Virus record (IMG/VR): IMGVR_UViG_3300033120_000865
Span: 38,595-102,594 of that record
DNA length: 64,000 nt
From: a virus
Taxonomy: Duplodnaviria; Caudoviricetes
Strand: one strand, 5' to 3'
The stretch's first letter is position 1, and each line of letters opens with the position of its first letter. This document shows positions 60,011 to 64,000 of this stretch, in pieces. The notes beneath the pieces were generated by a model. That model was not told the DNA's origin and did no database searches. It saw nothing but the letters and a program-made list of their open reading frames with translations. Position numbers and translations under genes: made by a program.

Positions 60011-60778
60011 TTAAAATCTAATAAAATTATATTGAATACCTATTCCAATAAATACTTGAGGTTGAAAATTGTTTCCAATACCATAATAAACTCCTGGTCC
60101 TATACCTATCTTTTTAATAGGTTTAGTTTCAACTTGATAAGTTCTTAATTTAGTTGTTTCTGAAAATGGATTCAAATTAATTACTTCCACAAAAGGTTTT
60201 TTAGGTTTAAACCAACCTTGAGATTCTTCTCCAATAATAACTGAATATTCATTAATAATTTTTTGTGTAAGATGTAAAGAATCTTTAGTGGCAATAGCAT
60301 TACCTATTACCCATACTTTTTCTTTTTTATCTTTTAACAATATATCATATAAATATTTATGTGTCTTTATTGTATCATTATCTATTACTTTTGTCTCTAT
60401 TGTATCTTTTTTGATACTAAATGAATTATCAATTTTAGTTTCAGATGTAAAATTAGTTGCACTACCTTTACTATCTAATTGTTTTTTATACTTTTTAACT
60501 AATTCTTGTAGTTCTATAATTTGTTTGTCCTTAACTTCTAAATCAATAAAATCTTTTGCCTTACTTTCAATAACATTATTTGTAGTATGATTTAGACTAT
60601 CTTTATCTTTAAATGTTTTTTGATTATCATTCAAAATAGGATTTACTAATTTACTATTATCATTCTTATTGAAACAAGTATATAATAACAATAATAACCC
60701 AATACATAACATTATTAAGAATATTCTTTTAACTTTTTTTAAAGAATCATCAAATTCTTTTTGTTCTTCTGTTGTCAT
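60011..60778 (-). CDS. membrane-anchored protein, putative spanin-like
   Basis: N-terminal TM, coiled coil, C-terminal amphipathic beta strands ending in F (FIGIGIQYNFIRF). Confidence 0.5.
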   Translation of the reverse strand: MTTEEQKEFDDSLKKVKRIFLIMLCIGLLLLLYTCFNKNDNSKLVNPILNDNQKTFKDKDSLNHTTNNVIESKAKDFIDLEVKDKQIIELQELVKKYKKQLDSKGSATNFTSETKIDNSFSIKKDTIETKVIDNDTIKTHKYLYDILLKDKKEKVWVIGNAIATKDSLHLTQKIINEYSVIIGEESQGWFKPKKPFVEVINLNPFSETTKLRTYQVETKPIKKIGIGPGVYYGIGNNFQPQVFIGIGIQYNFIRF

Positions 60779-61107
60779 AATTTTTCTTTTTTACATATTT
60801 CATCTAACCAAAAATCTAATACATCCCAATTAATACCTTCATTTGCATCATGTTTTTGAATCATTTTTTCAAGAGCATCTTCAAATTTTGTTGCATCATA
60901 AATATTTTTCCAATTTGATTTTTCTCTTTGTTTAGCTCTCATTTTAAAATCATCAGCATCCCAAACAACACTTTTCCATTTTGGTACATAGTTTTGTTCA
61001 ATCTCTTTGATAACTTGCATCATACCATCTCCTTTAGCTTTTTCTTTGGAATTGCCAAAATCTAAAAGTTCTTGTGCTTGTTCTTTTAATTCTTTTATTG
61101 TTATCAT
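60775..61107 (-). CDS. hypothetical protein
   Basis: 110-aa ORF. Confidence 0.65.
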   Translation of the reverse strand: MITIKELKEQAQELLDFGNSKEKAKGDGMMQVIKEIEQNYVPKWKSVVWDADDFKMRAKQREKSNWKNIYDATKFEDALEKMIQKHDANEGINWDVLDFWLDEICKKEKL

Positions 61108-61118
61108 AAAATTAGTTT

Positions 61119-61145
61119 AAAAGAGAGGATTTAATTATCCTCTCT
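61119..61145 (-). terminator. intrinsic terminator-like hairpin
   Basis: agagaggat-ttaatt-atcctctct with short minus-strand U tract. Confidence 0.5.
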
Positions 61146-61370
61146 ATCTGCAAATTTGTCAATTTGTTCATTAGTAAATGTGTTAGAGAAATCAACAGAA
61201 TTACCATATTTATTCAATAAAGTAATAATACCTGTTTCATAGTCAATTTTAATTTGATTTCCTTTTTTATTTACATAATATTGTTTCTCACTATCAGTTT
61301 CTTTGAATTGAAACCCCATCATTGTGATATAATCTACAAATGATTTCTCTACTGAAAAAAATTTAGCCAT
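61131..61370 (-). CDS. hypothetical protein
   Basis: 79-aa ORF. Confidence 0.65.
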   Translation of the reverse strand: MAKFFSVEKSFVDYITMMGFQFKETDSEKQYYVNKKGNQIKIDYETGIITLLNKYGNSVDFSNTFTNEQIDKFADREDN

Positions 61371-61436
61371 AATAATATATAATTATATGATTAATAATAA
61401 TTTAGAAAACTCTTTGTTAATTATTGTAGTTGGATA

Positions 61437-61946
61437 TTAGTGTGTTCCACTACTACCAAACCCATTTTCTCCTCTATCAGTTACACTAATTTCTAATTCT
61501 TCTTCTGGAATTATTCTTGCTGAAATAGAAGGAACAAATTGAGCAATTCTTTCTCCTCTATCTACTTGATTTAAAAATGGTGTAGAATTATAAATAATAA
61601 CTCCACAACTACCTCTATAATCAGAATCAATAGTACCAGGAGCATTAGCAATCATTAGTCCTCTTTTTAAAGCTACTCCACTTCTTGCTCTTACTTGAAT
61701 TTCAAGTGATTGATTCATGTCAGCAAGAGTTAAACCTGTATGAAAAAGAATTCTTTCAAAAGGTCTTAATTTAATATAACCTCTTTCATTAAATCCATCT
61801 TGCATTTTTTGTAGCTTTTCTCCTGTAATTTCTGTATCACCTTTGTAAGCTTTAAGAATACTATGAGCAATTACATCAAATCCTGATGCTCCTGTTGATT
61901 CATATTTTGGTAATTTAACACCTTCTTCTAATTTAAACTTTATCAT
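61437..61946 (-). CDS. dut: trimeric dUTPase
   Basis: ASGFD, RARSG, GTIDSDYRG, ERIAQ, RGENGFGSSG. Confidence 0.95.
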   Translation of the reverse strand: MIKFKLEEGVKLPKYESTGASGFDVIAHSILKAYKGDTEITGEKLQKMQDGFNERGYIKLRPFERILFHTGLTLADMNQSLEIQVRARSGVALKRGLMIANAPGTIDSDYRGSCGVIIYNSTPFLNQVDRGERIAQFVPSISARIIPEEELEISVTDRGENGFGSSGTH

Positions 61947-62015
61947 CTTCTTTTTTTGTTTTTATATACAGACTATATATCCAACACTGTGTTCCTAAAT
62001 AGCTATACATGATTA

Positions 62016-64000
62016 TTAAAAATTAACTTCACAAGCTCCTGAACTACAAGCCATACCTGATAATTCATCTGCCTGTAAATATTTTTCAGTATAATTTATC
62101 TTGTTGAAATCTATTGGTTTGTTCTTCAAAACTCTGTTTATTTTAACCCATTTATGATATAAATGAATATCTTTCAAACAATCTGTTGCTTTAGTTAAAT
62201 TACCTTTAAAATAATTCTTTGCAAATTTCTTGATTCTAGCTACAATATCTTTCTTTACCATTACAGTAATTCTATCTCCTGTTAAAATAAAATCTCTATC
62301 AGTTACAGCAGAACATACATCCCATAAATCATCATTGAAACAATGAAGTGCATCAACTACAAGACCAGAAGCAAATATAGATGCATCTCCATATTTTTCC
62401 ACTAATTGTGTAATATTAAGAACTTCTACAAATGGAGCTTGTTTATAAGCTTTATCTCCTGTATCAGCTAAAAAAGAAAGTCCACAAAAGTATTCTTTAT
62501 TTTCAAAAATATAATCAAAAGTTTTATCCCAATCTTTTATAGAAACAGTATTACTCACATTATGAGTAACTCTTGAACTATAACCTTGCAGTTTATTTGT
62601 TCCTTCTAATACCCAATATTTATAAACAGTTTGTACTGCTTTTAGAAATTCAATTTCATCAACTTGAGATTTCACTACTGTTTCTGGTGTTTCTTCCATA
62701 GGAATAAAACAAGCATAATCTGTATTAGTTGGACTCCAGACTCCTTGCTCTAACAATTCAGAATAATTTTCATTAAGATACTTTGCCATAGGTGTATCTT
62801 TATTTAATTGAATAGTTCTGAAATAATTATGAGCATGAGCAGGATGAATACCTGAAGCTGTTTTAGCAAGCACTGAAGCATTACCAGAAGGTTTAACACA
62901 TGTAGTTCTTGCTGATTGGTTAATACCAATTAATTTTGCAATTAATTCATTTGTTTCTCTAACAATTTTTGCACCATTCATTAATACTTCTGGATTTAAT
63001 AATACATCAGGATTATTCATTATACCTGTAATAGATACTCCTAATAAAGATTCCCATCTTACTAATTCTTCAGTATCTTTTCCTAAGAAAGAAAAATCTG
63101 TATAACTAGCTTGAAAAGTTCCTATAATAGCAGCATTATGACATGCATCATAAAATTTCTCAGGTGTATCACATTTAGAACCAATAATTTCATTAAGATT
63201 ACAGAATGACCAACATGATTTTCCTGTAAATGGATTTCTTGGTATAAATCCAATTTCAACACAAGGATTACACATCATATCAATATCATCTACTAATAGT
63301 ATTCCTGGTTCACCAAATTGTTTAATAAATTCTTTATAACTATCAAGTTCTTCTTTTGTTAAAGAATTCTTTAATATTTTAGCAGAATTATTAGCTCTAG
63401 CTCTCCAAGGTGTATCAATAAACCAATTACCTGTTTTACAAGATAACATTAATTTATCATCTTTATCAAATAAAGAGATTAATGCACTTCTTCTAACTCC
63501 TCCAGATAATACAGCATCAGATAGAATACAAATAATATCATGACAATCTAATGATGTTAGGACATTATCACCATTATTAATTTTAGCATCAAGAAGTTTT
63601 TCAAGCAAATCTAATGATTTCTTTAATCCTTCTGGTCCTGGAGCTAAAAACTCTCCAGCAATTAATGCTCCTCTTTCTCTAATTAGAGAATAATCAAAAA
63701 GAACTTTTTGAGCATCTGGAGTAAAATAAGACATCATTAACATATCAATAGCTATTGCCCAGCCTTCAATACTATCTTCAACAGTATGAACAAATTTACC
63801 ATCTACCTCTCTTTTAGAAATTTGTGGTAATTGACTAACAAATCTATTTTCTACTGAAAATCCAACCCCAGCTCCATTTAGTAATACCCACATAATCTCT
63901 TTAAATACTTCTGGTCTATCAATATAAGTAACAGAACAGTTATATAATTTAGTATTATGTTTTAATATACTTTTTTCTCTAAATTGAAGATTTCTTTGTG
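62016..64000 (-). CDS. nrdJ: class II (AdoCbl-dependent) ribonucleotide reductase, 5' end outside window
   Basis: GGVRRSA, NPCVEI, CNLNEI, TTCVKPSGNAS, C-terminal CSSGACE; frame stays open upstream of 63893 (..LYNCSVTYID..). Confidence 0.88.
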   Translation of the reverse strand, partial: QRNLQFREKSILKHNTKLYNCSVTYIDRPEVFKEIMWVLLNGAGVGFSVENRFVSQLPQISKREVDGKFVHTVEDSIEGWAIAIDMLMMSYFTPDAQKVLFDYSLIRERGALIAGEFLAPGPEGLKKSLDLLEKLLDAKINNGDNVLTSLDCHDIICILSDAVLSGGVRRSALISLFDKDDKLMLSCKTGNWFIDTPWRARANNSAKILKNSLTKEELDSYKEFIKQFGEPGILLVDDIDMMCNPCVEIGFIPRNPFTGKSCWSFCNLNEIIGSKCDTPEKFYDACHNAAIIGTFQASYTDFSFLGKDTEELVRWESLLGVSITGIMNNPDVLLNPEVLMNGAKIVRETNELIAKLIGINQSARTTCVKPSGNASVLAKTASGIHPAHAHNYFRTIQLNKDTPMAKYLNENYSELLEQGVWSPTNTDYACFIPMEETPETVVKSQVDEIEFLKAVQTVYKYWVLEGTNKLQGYSSRVTHNVSNTVSIKDWDKTFDYIFENKEYFCGLSFLADTGDKAYKQAPFVEVLNITQLVEKYGDASIFASGLVVDALHCFNDDLWDVCSAVTDRDFILTGDRITVMVKKDIVARIKKFAKNYFKGNLTKATDCLKDIHLYHKWVKINRVLKNKPIDFNKINYTEKYLQADELSGMACSSGACEVNF

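Overview
This 64-kb window is part of an AT-rich lytic crAss-like (Crassvirales-related, phi14:2-type) phage of a Bacteroidota host; host-type TTTG-N19-TAnnTTTG promoters are present and the standard genetic code is used. Layout: (1) 1-5170, minus strand: small early/accessory genes, repeated G-rich promoter-like motifs and several structured non-coding elements, including a tRNA-like RNA with a 12-nt anticodon loop. (2) 5299-54189, plus strand: late/structural module with endolysin, TerL, portal, scaffold-like protein, major capsid, ring/tail/muzzle proteins, cargo proteins and a 4342-aa virion RNA polymerase. (3) 54208-64000, minus strand: class II RNR, dUTPase, phosphoesterase, RNA ligase, GroES/GroEL and a 7-tRNA array. 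Main finding: the tRNA array (Ala, Asn, Ile2/Met-CAT, Ser, Gln, Phe, His) is preceded by its own host-type promoter, a 25-codon leader ORF and mutually exclusive antiterminator/terminator hairpins. Leader codons 6-17 include a cognate codon for every one of the seven tRNAs. This looks like a ribosome-stalling transcription attenuator that would switch on phage tRNAs when the host pool of those tRNAs is depleted. The window also shows near-total CpG and GATC depletion. All calls come from manual reading; no database searches were run.
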